A stretch of DNA of 64,000 nt from Octopus sinensis (taxonomy: Eukaryota), in NCBI RefSeq assembly GCF_006345805.1, contig NC_043015.1, forward strand, positions 26,288,001 through 26,352,000, read 5' to 3'. The notes beneath the pieces were generated by a model. That model was not told the DNA's origin, searched no databases, and saw nothing but the letters and a program-made list of their open reading frames with translations. Shown in pieces: positions 14,319 through 29,424 of the stretch; position 1 is the first letter of the stretch, and the number at the start of each line of letters is the position of its first letter. A program made the position numbers and the translations under genes.

Positions 14319-14683
14319 GATCACACAGAGAGCACAAACATCCGCCAAGGCAACACCAACGTCCTCTCAACGATTAGCCAGAGATGACTTTTAATATGAG
14401 AATATCTGAAATTAGCTTGGCTGCTCTCATAAACGAGAATACTAAAAATGAACCCGACCGCTCTCAAAATTATGTAAAAGAAAAAAAAAACAGGAACAAT
14501 AATCCAGAATCCTTCTCCAGAATCGGATCGATCCCAAAATCTAATAAGTTCGTGCCAGTGACAAGGCCAAACACCCTGAAATTTCATCCGAATCCATCCA
14601 GCGGTTCTTGAGACATCTTGTCCACGGACAAACAAGCAAACACGACTGAAAATAATACCTCCGCCCTCGCTAAGGCGGAGATA
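14314..14683 (-). mobile_element. Non-autonomous Helentron-associated element (HINE/DINE-1-like)
   Basis: Minus strand begins TT-ATCTCCGCC with hairpin ctccgcc/ggcggag (14659-14680), then gtttgcttgtttgtcc repeats. 3' subterminal ccttggcggatg and end gtgctctctgtgtgatcttgTT. Both ends lie in TT of the microsatellite. Confidence 0.7.
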
Positions 14684-14690
14684 ATAATAA

Positions 14691-15030
14691 TAAAGGAACT
14701 GAAATTTATTTAAGAATGATTCATGGCTTACCATCCATGCAGAAAGTGCACAAGACTGTCTTAACTGGTACGTCACACACGTATTGAGAAGAACGTTGTC
14801 GCTGTGAATTTTCTTTCCTTTCCTCACCTCTTATTTTAGTTGTTTACGTTTTTATTTTTTACCTTTCCTTCTTCTCTCTGTCTTCCTGCTTTTCTCTATC
14901 ACATGACTTTGTAAATGAACAATCCGGTGTGTTTACTTTAATGGCCTACCAATGTATACCGTACGTTTCTCTGTCCAAGATGACAGGAAGAGACTCGGAA
15001 AGAAATGGAAACAGAATTGAAAGAAGATGC
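14691..15030 (+). mobile_element. Short 3' end plus 3'UTR of R4/Dong-type LINE (family H, copy H1)
   Basis: Encodes KGTE..LRMIHGLPSMQKVHKTVLTGTSH(VLRRTLSL*) and runs to a TAA tract at 15031; homologous to 33215-33400. Confidence 0.65.
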
Positions 15031-15068
15031 TAATAATAATAATAATAATAATCATAATAATAATAATC

Positions 15069-15138
<70 letters not shown>
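15031..15138. repeat. (TAA/TGA)n
   Basis: Direct reading. Confidence 0.95.
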
Positions 15139-18883
<3,745 letters not shown>

Positions 18884-20766
18884 CACTGTATAGAAACTTA
18901 GAAAAGTGTGCTGCTACCTATTAAACAGAAAAGGTGTCGAAAGAGGAACCGGGGAAAGAAGGATCAGTTTTTAATCGATAATCTAAGCAGCAGAAACTGC
19001 AAGAGAAGTTACACAAACCTGAGCATGTCATGGGCACACTCCTGATTAATAAGAACAAAGGAAATCTATGGAGTAGTAAAAAATATGAAAAGTCTTATAT
19101 AGAACAGTTTGAAATGGTGGAGAACGGAATTAAGCTCGGGGAATCAAGTATTAGGAGGGGTGAAAAATCAAGTGAGGGATCTTCCAGGGGGACAGTGTGT
19201 CCCCACTGATATTCGTGCTGGCAATTATCACTTTGAGTGAAATACTACAGAAAACAAAGTTTGGATATGACCTGGAAAGAGGTAAGGGAAATCTGAACCA
19301 CTTGCTATTCATGGCCGACTTGAAGTTATTCGCAATAACTGAGTCAGATCTGGATAGCCTAATCCGCTCTGTGCGGATTTTCACCAATGATCTAAAGATG
19401 GAGTTTGGACTCTCAAAACGTGTTACGATGGTAATGAGCCGTGGAAAGCTTGTCAAGACAGACGACACGTGGTTGCTAAGTGGTGAAATGATGAAGGCAC
19501 TTCAACCTCAATCCAGCTATAAATACCTACGAATACACGAGGCAGATGAAATTAAACACAACGACATGAAGCAAAGGACAAAAAGAGAGTATCTGCAGCG
19601 AGTTAGGAATATACTAGCTTCCAAGCTGCATGCCAGAAACATAATTTCTGCAATAAACTCGCGTATAGTCAAAGTAGTTCGGTATGTCGATCCTGAAGTG
19701 GAGAGACGACGAGCTAAAGAAGAGGGACAGGAAGTCAAGAAACCTCCTATCGATGCATAGAACACATCATTCACGTGCTGACACTGATAGCATATACATG
19801 AAGTGAGCAAATGGAGGAAGGGGATTGGTAAGTGTAGAAGATTTTGTAGGTATTGAACTCAAGAGGTTAGTGGGATACATAGCCCAGTGTAAGGAAACAT
19901 TGCTAGTGTCAGTTAGGAACGAGGGAGTATTGAAAGCAGAGAAAAAAAGGAAAAATAAAGGAAGAAATACAAAAAGGACACGAAAAAATTCGCAACAAAG
20001 GACTACACAATCAATTCCATGTAGCCTCAGCTGAAGTTGCTGGAAAAAAAGGGTGGGATTGGCTGATGAAAGGGACACTAAAAAAGAGACCGAGAGCACT
20101 ATACTGGTAGCGCAAGACCAAGCTTTGGCCACGAACTGGATGGGCAACTGAAGGAACGAGCAAGTGTCTCCACTGTGCCACATCTGCAATAGAGTGGACG
20201 AAACCATTGACCATATCACGAACGAATGTCCTAGACTCGCCCCAAACCATTACAAGTTGTGGCGACACGGCCAGGTAGTAAAAGTGCTACGTTGGAAACT
20301 GTGCGAAAAGTGGGAGTAAGAGAGAAGCAAAGAGAACAAACTTTCTGGGATTTCCCAAGCCAAACAGACCGGACCTAGTGGTGATGGACAAAGTGCACCA
20401 CTTATGGGATATAGTTTGTGTAACATGCCCATTTCACCCATGAATAATCAAGAAGGAGAGCGAAGAGATAAATAGATACAACCCTCTTAATTACGAAATA
20501 ACCAGGGTATGGAAAATGAAGAAAGGGAAGATAGTGCCAATTACTGTTGGGTCTCTGGGAACAGTATCAGAAGGTATCAAGCGGAATATAAAGGAAATTG
20601 CCCAGTAGAACTGTTAGAAAAGTTTTATCGTCTTGGCACTGCCAGAATAATCAGGAAAGTATTAGATAGCTGAAAAGAACGGAGAGTATGGTACCGTAGG
20701 CTGTAGGTAGCAAACTCGCTACGCATACAAGACTCCAGAATTTCCAAAAAATCGAGTGATAAACAG
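18884..20766 (+). mobile_element. 5'-truncated decayed R4/Dong-type LINE family D (copy D1)
   Basis: KRCRKRNRGKKDQFLID, GIFQGDSVSPLIF, HLLFMADLKLF, FGLSK, YKYLR, LVAQDQ, CHIC..VDETIDHI, RLE tail; ends gtgataaacag|taataat. Confidence 0.88.
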
Positions 20767-20790
20767 TAATAATAATAATGATAATAATAT

Positions 20791-21146
20791 TGAGCATGTC
20801 CATTAGTGGCTGATGATATGTGCATCCCTGATCACGAGCACGTGTAGTGGGTAAGCATCATAGCCATGTGTTGAGAGGACTTCTTAGGGGTTTGAATAGT
20901 TCGTCTCTAGAAACATGGGGGTTTCGTTCATCATCATTATTCGGGATCATTTGAGCGGAATGGGCGGCTCAACATTAGGAAAATTCTAACTGGGCCCCTT
21001 CTGCAAAATCGTGTTTTGATATGAGGTCATCAAATGGCACACATATGGTTGCGATGCATGTACCTGGTGTACCCTTATCAGACGGATAGTCATGATGGGT
21101 TTACTGGGCTTTGTGTATTTGTACTCCCGTGTCACTTTGAATTGCA
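20791..21146 (+). mobile_element. Non-coding TAA-associated interspersed repeat (element X, partial copy X1)
   Basis: Collinear, diverged homology to the reverse complement of 57706-58194; begins right after a TAA tract. Confidence 0.75.
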
Positions 21147-23089
21147 AGTCTATAGAGATATTCTGAAATCGAATAATGTCACTAAAAGAAACATTTATTT
21201 TTCTTTTTACCAGTTACTAACTGGTAAGGATATAAGAATTATCATGGAAGTTTTTTGGTAAACTATTCCACCTTCAGAAGGGTAATTAGAATGGTATTCA
21301 TTATGCTTTTGAAGATGGAATAGGTCTCCATAACCATATCGGTGCAAGCAGTATGCTGAGAACTGTATTAAATATTTAATTATCCTAGAAACAGCAGTAA
21401 AGATCTTCATGGATGTTTTTTTTTTCTTTCAATTGTAAGGTTTTTACCTGTGGTACCATCGATCTACAGACCATTATGGACAACGCCATGCATTCTACTC
21501 ATTTGTATCCTAAACATGATGAATTTTCCACAGCACTTCCTGTAAGAGTGATGCAAAACGTGACCCGCATATGCGACCAATTAGAGTTATATATTCCCAC
21601 ATACAGTTATTCATCCACGCACGCACTTTCCTAGATACCACCAGAGAGAGAAGATGGAGGCCTACAAAAGAGCCATGACAAAATTTAGGAGTATCATGGA
21701 GAATAACGCAAGTATGATCTGTCCGATGTACTCAAGCAAGCTCTGGTGTAGTAAAGAATGGACAAAAAGAAAGATAGTGAAGGCCAATTCATGGAATGAC
21801 GACACAAAATACCAGAGCGTACCTAGAGAGAGAAGACAGTAAGAACACGGTGGGGGAAAATGAGACAAGATACGAAGCCACACTCACAGGGTGCATATTC
21901 TCATGCCAAATACCTTGACAAATACGCTGGCATAAACGGTAACACATGCGCAGACAGGAAAACGTATCACAGAAAGACAAGACGCAGTAAAGAGAATAAA
22001 GCCAAGAAGAAGAGATATAGTGAAGAAAAACAAATAGTTGTTGAAGAGGTCACAGAATGTGCGACGAATGACCTCTGACAAAATAACCAATAACTAATAA
22101 TAATAAAGCTGAATGAAGGCTAAATAATGTGTGTTTAATGGCAAAGTGACCGTCCTCAAATATAACACACACACACAAACACAGGAGCATACACAAACAC
22201 ACATATATATACGTACATATATGTACTACGCTTATACATACACGTACAAATACAAATACCCTCCGACACGCACACATACAAATACCCACAAATACAATAA
22301 GCTTGTATGAGGTGTATGTCTGTGCGTGTGCATCTATCCATGACATGCTCCAGCAAGTAAAAGAATACCTGTGTTTCGTTTCAGTCAGACAATTGAATCA
22401 TAACATGGTGGGTAGGTAGGAACTATGGAAATATTCAGTGAATATATTATAAAAGGTGGAGGAGAAAGTTTTTGTTTCAAAAAGTGTCTGACACAAATTT
22501 GATTGAATTCCATTCCACGGTGCCAACGTCGTGTCAGAGAGATGCTTTCCAGATTCAATTGTTTCTTGCTAGTTTGCTAACATTAGAAACATTATGCATA
22601 GTTAATGTTATTTACCTAGGAATTTTAGTGGCAAAATCTGATAGCTAAATTGTCCAACATTATTTATACAAGTCTCAATTTTACAATTACACACTAACGC
22701 TTTCTACCACTCTCTTTCTCTCTTTCCTTCTCCCTCTCTCCATGTTTCTCTCCTCTGTCTCTCCCTTTCTTTCTCCCTCTCTTCCGCTCTCTCTTTCTTT
22801 CTCACTCTCTCCCTCTATGACCAACTGCTCCTACATTCCCCCCATCTCATTGGCTCGATCACGTGCTTTCACTCTCTTTCGTGACAATTCTATCCGCTCT
22901 TTTGTTTGCTCATGCGCCTCGTCTTGCACGGTGATTTTTTTCTAGTCAGTAATTGAAAGCATTTAAAAAAATTTAGACTCATTATTGATTTTATTTGAAT
23001 TTACTGATTAGTTAACATGGAGCTATTGATCTGTTCTACTGATCATCACGTAAAAGAGTATAATAATTGATTCTAACACTTGTGGGAAG

Positions 23090-23270
23090 GGCTTAAAAAT
23101 TATATTGATCCTTTCACTATTTGGCTGCTACTTTGAGTTATCGACCCTAGAAAGATGAAAAACAAAATTTGAACCCGCCAAATTTTTAATTCTGAACATA
23201 AAGAACCAGAAGAAATAATGCTATGCATATTGTCCGATTCTCTAACACCACGCTAACTGCTGAGAAGTGA
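23090..23270 (-). mobile_element. Highly decayed tRNA-SINE copy
   Basis: Patchy similarity to the reverse complement of the SINE at 40041. Confidence 0.4.
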
Positions 23271-23519
23271 AGAGCCCGAATCAATGCTGGCGGGCATTTA
23301 CCGATTCTCTCATGATGTCCAATTCAATTGTTACTTCTGGTCTTCATCTGCTCATATGAATTTTTTTTTTTCTGAGTGGGTCGATAGCATCCACCCCAGT
23401 GCTTTTATTAGAATCTCAATAATTGTTTCTAATTTTGGCCCAAGATCAGCAGTACCGAGTTTAGAAGAGGTGAATTACACCGCACCTCAGTATTTGTGGG
23501 AATTATAGCATAGAAAGGT

Positions 23520-24026
23520 CAATAACGTGTTATGACCAAATCCCAGGCGGGGTTTCTGAGAATGAGAATTGTAGAATCCTGTGGGATGCAATGATTCAGT
23601 CTGACCAGCAGAGTAAACATTGCTGTAGTGAAGAGAAGAGAATAAAAAGTTGCCTTATAATTAACATAGAATGTCTTGGGAACAACAGCATTGAAGTGAA
23701 AGAAGAAGAAGAAGAAAAAGAAGAAAAACAAGGAGGAGAAGGAAACTGTGACGAAATGAAGTGAGAAATACGTAAACTGTGAGCAATGAAGAAGTGTGTC
23801 GAGGTGATGCCACTGGTGGTTGGTACACTTGGAAGTATCAACACCCAACGACTAGCATAAATCAAAAAGATAGGATCGAATGTAAAGAGGGAGCACCAAC
23901 AAAATCTGCAACAGTTCTCCGTAGGATTCTTCAAGCATAATCAGAAAGCAAGTGTCACCTTAGTCTGCTGGCTGCGGGCAGCTGATAACTCTCCATCATA
24001 CCCAGCAAAATAAGCAGTCAGTTTCT
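23520..24026 (+). mobile_element. 3' fragment of R4/Dong-type LINE family E
   Basis: ENENCRILWDAMIQSD... RLE tail and ...VMPLVVGTLG; 3'UTR runs into (CTA)n/(TAA)n. Confidence 0.75.
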
Positions 24027-24265
<239 letters not shown>

Positions 24266-25000
24266 GCGGAAGCCTGATCATCGCTGCACAGTCCACGTTA
24301 CCCCTACTAATTCAGTGAAGAAAAACACCTATAAAACTTCTGACAACAAGAACTACAGACTCTGTGGAAAGAGTGTGGAAAATGTGACCCACTTGGTAAG
24401 TGGATGTGAGAGCCTTGAACAAAAACAATACAAACGGCGCCATGATAAAGTGTGTGTGTATCTTCATTGGCTCTTATGTCGTAAATACCAATATAAAGTA
24501 ACGGAGAACTGGTATGAGCATGTACCAAGTAAAGTTATGCAGGAGGATGGTAAAGTAACGATACTCTGGAACTGTGATATTCAGACAGATCGTGTAATAG
24601 AACACTGTCAGCCGGATATCGTCATATTGTATAAGACAGACATATAATGTCAGATCATTGATGTAGACATTCGAAATGACATGAATGTTGTCCGCAAAGA
24701 GGTTTAAAAGATCACCAAGTCCGCCGAATTGAAAGTGAAGATGATAAGACTATGGAATTCAAGAGGATAATGTGAAATTGATACCAGTGGTAATCGGAAC
24801 GTTGGTCACAACCCTGTTGAAACTTCAAGATTTCTAAAGCCAACTGGAAATCCCATGCAAGATTGATATCTTGCAAAAAGCAGCCTTATTGGGCACGGCG
24901 CACATATTAAGGAAAGTATTATCTATCTCAGATCTTTGTTGTGACTTGACAGATGACAGAAAGACTCCAGTGCAGTCTTACCTACACTGTGTTACGAAGG
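24266..25000 (+). mobile_element. 3' fragment of R4/Dong-type LINE family F
   Basis: SLIIAAQ, RLCGKSVENVTHLVSGC, RRHDKV, ILWNCDIQTD...QPDIV; ends gttacgaagg|aataat. Confidence 0.85.
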
Positions 25001-25030
25001 AATAATAACAATAATAATAATCATAATAAT

Positions 25031-26153
25031 ATCAACACATGCAGGGGTAATCGCGTCGGCAGTAGACGAACTAAATAGCTTAGACAGAAAACAAGGAAGT
25101 TACTAACTAGATATGGGTCATTCCACCCAAAAAGTGATACAGACAGACTGTATGTACCAAGAAAAATAGGGGAAAGAGGAATTACTGGATGCGAACACAG
25201 CATTAGAGCAGAAGAAAACAACATAGCATGGTATGTAAAAAGAGCCACAGAACCGCTATTATTAGAAGTAGGAAGGTCAAGCTTGTGTAAGATGAAAGAT
25301 TGCAAGGATAAAGCACTATACAAGGAATTGAAAACGAATGAAACTGAAAATAGTTCGGTAAAGAAAAGAATGCATGGTCAATTTCATGGGGATGTCGAAG
25401 ATAAGTGAGACAGAGAAAAAAGATAGCTGTGGGTAACTAAAGATGATTTAAAATTGGAAACGGAGGCTCTAATGTGTGCTGCCCAAGAGGAAGTACTAAG
25501 AACGAACAAACTACATAAAATACAGACTAGACAACATAGCAGAAAGTGATAAGTGCAGAATCTGTGGACAAAACGGTGAAACCGTGTGGCATATTACCAC
25601 CCAATATACGCCACTATAAAGGACGCCACGACAATATAGCTAGGCTTGTCCATTGGACACGTTGCAACAATTATGGACTTGACAGAGCCCGATGGCATCT
25701 TCGAAAATAGAAATGCAAAGATCCTATGGGATTTTATGATTCAGTGCGACCATGAGATAGAGAATAGGAAGCCAGACATAGTCTTAAATGAGAAAGAGAA
25801 CAAACTATGCTGGATCATAGATATAGCATGCCTAGCTGACAACAAGGTATGCAATAAAGAAGAAAGGAAAGTTGAGAGATATGACAGGTTAGCTTGGTTA
25901 GCTTGTAGTCGATGAAAAAGGTGGTAGTAGTACCAATAATTATCAGAGCGCAGGGAACAGTGAGCAAAAATTTTGAGAAGTACATGGAACAAATAGGGGC
26001 TGCAATAAAGGCGGAGCACTTCCAGAAAACAGCACTGCTTGGAACTGCTCAAATACTCTGGAAGGTGCTTGAAAAATAAGGTGTTATCTTAGTTCACTGG
26101 TAGTGAACAGCTGACACCGTAGTACATCTCCAGCGTTACAAGCTGTGCAAAGA

Positions 26154-26154
<1 letters not shown>
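25031..26154 (+). mobile_element. 3' portion of R4/Dong-type LINE family C (copy C1)
   Basis: HPKSDTDRLYVPRK, CAAQE, CRICGQNGETVWHI, ILWDFMIQCD, RKPDIV; 3' end matches 62560-62945 on the minus strand. Confidence 0.85.
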
Positions 26155-26194
<40 letters not shown>

Positions 26195-26195
26195 T

Positions 26196-26226
<31 letters not shown>

Positions 26227-26264
26227 ACTACTACTACTACTTCTATTACTACTACTACTACAAC

Positions 26265-26298
<34 letters not shown>

Positions 26299-26312
26299 CT
26301 CAACAACAACGA
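26155..26312. repeat. Compound (CTA)-(CTG)-(CTA)-(TAA)-(CAA) microsatellite
   Basis: Direct reading. Confidence 0.95.
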
Positions 26313-27157
26313 CTTCAATAGAAATAACACAACATAAATAAAGTATTTTATTAACTTAATTTGTAAAATGATGATAACGGATGTTTGATGATAAATTATA
26401 AATGGATTTTTCCACGACTTTCGACAGGAATTGCGTGAGATAGACAACTGTGGGACCGAAATAGAACAGAATATATAAAATATGTATAGAAAAAAAACAA
26501 ATTAGATATAAAATATTCGTTCGATTTTTCAAAAGCCAATCAACTCTCTATACCAACTTATACTAGTGTTTCGTAAAGAAACTCACTAAAGGACAATTTC
26601 TAGGATTCTATTCTCGAGTTTGATGTAAAAGAGGACGAAAGAATAATATATTTGCTTGAAATGAAAACTTTTAGAAACAAACTGTTTTGAACACTTTTAT
26701 AACACTCATCCATCATACTATGACAATAACAGAGTTTTAAAGGCTGCGTTTTTCATCGATTTAGTCGACTTTAGTGTATGATTAAGATGACTAACTTAGT
26801 CGATTAAATATCTTAGGATACAGCTATCAGAGTTTCAATGTAACAGCGTTTCAGTACTGCTGGTATATAAACAAGAGATAAATGATAAATATAACAGAGT
26901 GCAACATGTTATGTAATGTCATAATAGGACGAATATCAGACAATATCAAACTAATGCAATCGAAGAATCAAATGAAACCTAAACAACATATTTTTTTGAT
27001 ATTTTTCTCGCTGTGTTGCGTGTTCTTTTCTTGTACGCATGTGATTTTATTTTTGATTTTCTTTATAAATGAAGATATTTCCTTCATTTTGCTGCTTTTC
27101 TTTCTATAAAACGAGAAGATACATTGCGGAATTGTTATGTTAAAAAGTTGTTTCTAG

Positions 27158-27266
27158 TTATCACCCGACGAGATACATCTGCGCTGCCGGATGCTCGTGT
27201 ACCAGTTGTTAAGTGCCCCACCCGTAAGGGATCGATGCTAGATGTTTCGAAACAATTGCCGTAGTT
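27158..27266 (+). ncRNA. Decayed type I hammerhead ribozyme motif (HH1) in a Penelope-type pLTR remnant
   Basis: cCGACGA (27165-71; U4 to C), stem II gatacatct/agatgtttc (8 of 9 bp) around a 58-nt insert, GAAAC-aatt-GCC (U16.1 to C), AATAAA downstream. Confidence 0.55.
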
Positions 27267-27441
27267 TACAATAAAAACTCTCGTATATTCCATCTTCCGT
27301 CTTTCATTTCCCATACACACGCACACACACACACACCACACACACACACATACACACCTATATAATTATATATGTATATATAAATACGCATATATACATA
27401 CACATATATACATACATGTATACGTATATATATATGCATAT

Positions 27442-27710
27442 GTGGGCACAGGACGTCACGAAACATGTACAACAAAAGAATACGAAGCACGAGTACATGG
27501 AACATGAGCTATTCTTTCAAACGACGTAAGACACAAATGGTAACCAAAACATGTAGCCACTACACACATTTTTTTCTCTCCTTGTTTATTTCTGTGTCTC
27601 TTCCTGTGGAAGAGCGTAGGCTCGAAACGTAAAAGACATTTTTCAATTCCTGAGCGTTAAACTAATACATCTGTTTGTCTTCGTCTTTTGTTTTTTTTTC
27701 GTGAATTCTC
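27442..27710 (+). mobile_element. Penelope-like pseudo-LTR remnant(s)
   Basis: Contains a partial hammerhead (GAAAC-at-GTA, 27460-69) and a minimal hammerhead (27595-27637); bounded by TA microsatellites. Confidence 0.6.
27595..27637 (+). ncRNA. Minimal hammerhead-like motif (HH2), core variant or decayed
   Basis: CTGTGGA-a-gagc(gtag)gctc-GAAACGTA-aaagac. A6 is replaced by U; stem III is the palindrome ACGT; stem I gtct(c)tt/aaagac is bulged. Confidence 0.55.
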
Positions 27711-27771
27711 CCTATATATATAAAATGTGACATCAAAAGAATGAAACATCGATATTGAGGTAAGTAGAGGA

Positions 27772-27845
<74 letters not shown>

Positions 27846-27859
27846 ATAAATATATGAAA

Positions 27860-28460
27860 GAATGGAGTTGAACGACGAATTAACAAAATTCCTTTATTTT
27901 CGACATATGTTTCGTAGGCTGCATATTCCTAATTGCGAAGGAATAAGGAGTATATTATGCCGCTTTCTCATCAGGAAAATCAAGGAACTTACTTCAATAT
28001 CAAGATGCACAAAAAGCTTTTAGATGACTGCTCACACGGAGCCCATAGTGATAATGAGTGTCTCTTTAAAAAATTCCTTTATAAGGAGTGACGTCAAAAA
28101 ATTCTAGAAGGTTCTAAAGTTTCAAGGGTTCAAACGAAGTAGGAGAAGAGAGGTATAAGAATAGGAAGGTGAAAGGGTGCAGTTCAAATGAATGGTGAAT
28201 TTTCTTTTGTGAATGAGTGTCTGTGTGTGTGACTGTATATAACGGCATTAATGTGTGTGTATGTGTGTGCGTGATTGTGTTTGTGGATGGGTGGGTGTCA
28301 GAAAACAGAGAGTGGTGAGGTGAACGGTTTGTGTCTGTGTGTTTGATAGTGCTTACTATAGATAGAGGGAAAGAGAGAGAGAAAGAGGAGGGCGAGGTAT
28401 AGGGACAAAGGTAACACATGCCTCACTGGATTGGGTAGTAGTTCTTTGAAAGTATAAAAA
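27860..28460 (-). mobile_element. Penelope-like element 3' end / pseudo-LTR remnant carrying HH3
   Basis: On the minus strand: CRE palindrome tgacgtca (28089-96), TATAAA (about 28078-83), hammerhead, AATAAA, then TA/TG microsatellite. No PLE ORF recognisable. Confidence 0.5.
27896..27980 (-). ncRNA. Type I hammerhead ribozyme with intact catalytic core (HH3)
   Basis: Minus strand reads AUUUUC-CUGAUGA-G...C-GAAA-CAUAUGUC/GAAAAU. Perfect 6-bp stem I, G-C closed extended stem II with a tattcct/aggaata hairpin, palindromic stem III ACAUAUGU, GUC cleavage triplet at 27904-27902. Confidence 0.8.
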
Positions 28461-28637
28461 GAATTTTTTGTCTATGGGGGTGAAATATATATATAAAAAA
28501 AGTTATATTAATTAAAAATCAAGAGGCTATCTATATTAATCATTATTCATATGATTGAAAGGTGTGTTTTTGCCAGTGCATGCATCTGTAGGACCTCTCG
28601 ACGATTGTATTTATTAAAGGGACTTTATATATGTATA

Positions 28638-28689
<52 letters not shown>

Positions 28690-28779
28690 CCGTATATTTA
28701 TATGACTAAATGTCTAAATATATATGTATGCATGCAGACGCCTATGTGTATATGAAGATGAAGTTGCTTGCACACACAC

Positions 28780-28811
<32 letters not shown>

Positions 28812-29056
28812 GCATGTGTGTGTAAATGTGTATATATATGAGTACGTACATAGACATATATGCTTGTGTGTGTATGTGCATGTACATATACATGTTAGTG
28901 TTGAGTGTGTACGTATGTAGACGTTATGAACGCAGGTTTTAAGTCTATGTATTGCGACAAAATGGTTACATGTATTTTTTATCTTTTATTTTTTCTACTT
29001 ATTAGAGTTACTTCCCTTTTATTCAGTGGTTTGTCATAGCGTTTGTTGCCGTAAAT

Positions 29057-29118
<62 letters not shown>

Positions 29119-29273
29119 CAGGCGTACATTCACACACCCGCATATACGTCTTTGTAATATGCGGTCTTTGTAAAATGGAAAGCTGTATCATCTGAAAGAG
29201 TTCCTTCGACCCCGCTACATGTCTTAATCCAAGAACTGAACTTTTTGGATCATGTTCATATGTGACAAAATAC

Positions 29274-29351
29274 CTGTTGCGGTTTTGGCCACCCTCCCAC
29301 TCAAGATCGCAGATACAAACCGCATTTTTACTATATTGTGCACAAGCATAG
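29274..29351 (-). CDS. Candidate 78-nt internal exon of an unidentified host gene
   Basis: Acceptor tttgttttgttgtttcttaaatcccag and donor CAG/gtattt. Two stop-free frames (YACAQYSKNAVCICDLEWEGGQNRN or MLVHNIVKMRFVSAILSGRVAKTAT). No homology check possible. Confidence 0.3.
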
Positions 29352-29424
29352 CTGGGATTTAAGAAACAACAAAACAAATAACCACCAATTTTTATGACTG
29401 CATACTTTTCATCCACCATGTATA

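Noticed and set aside
21440-21541. Plus-strand 102-nt exon candidate (good polypyrimidine-AG and GTAAG)
   Set aside because: No recognisable protein, opposite strand to the best exon candidate, and such site pairs arise by chance in AT-rich DNA; retest with RNA-seq
21650-22080. RNase H-like motif (GINGNTCADR) in a decayed LINE
   Set aside because: A single weak motif with no supporting catalytic residues
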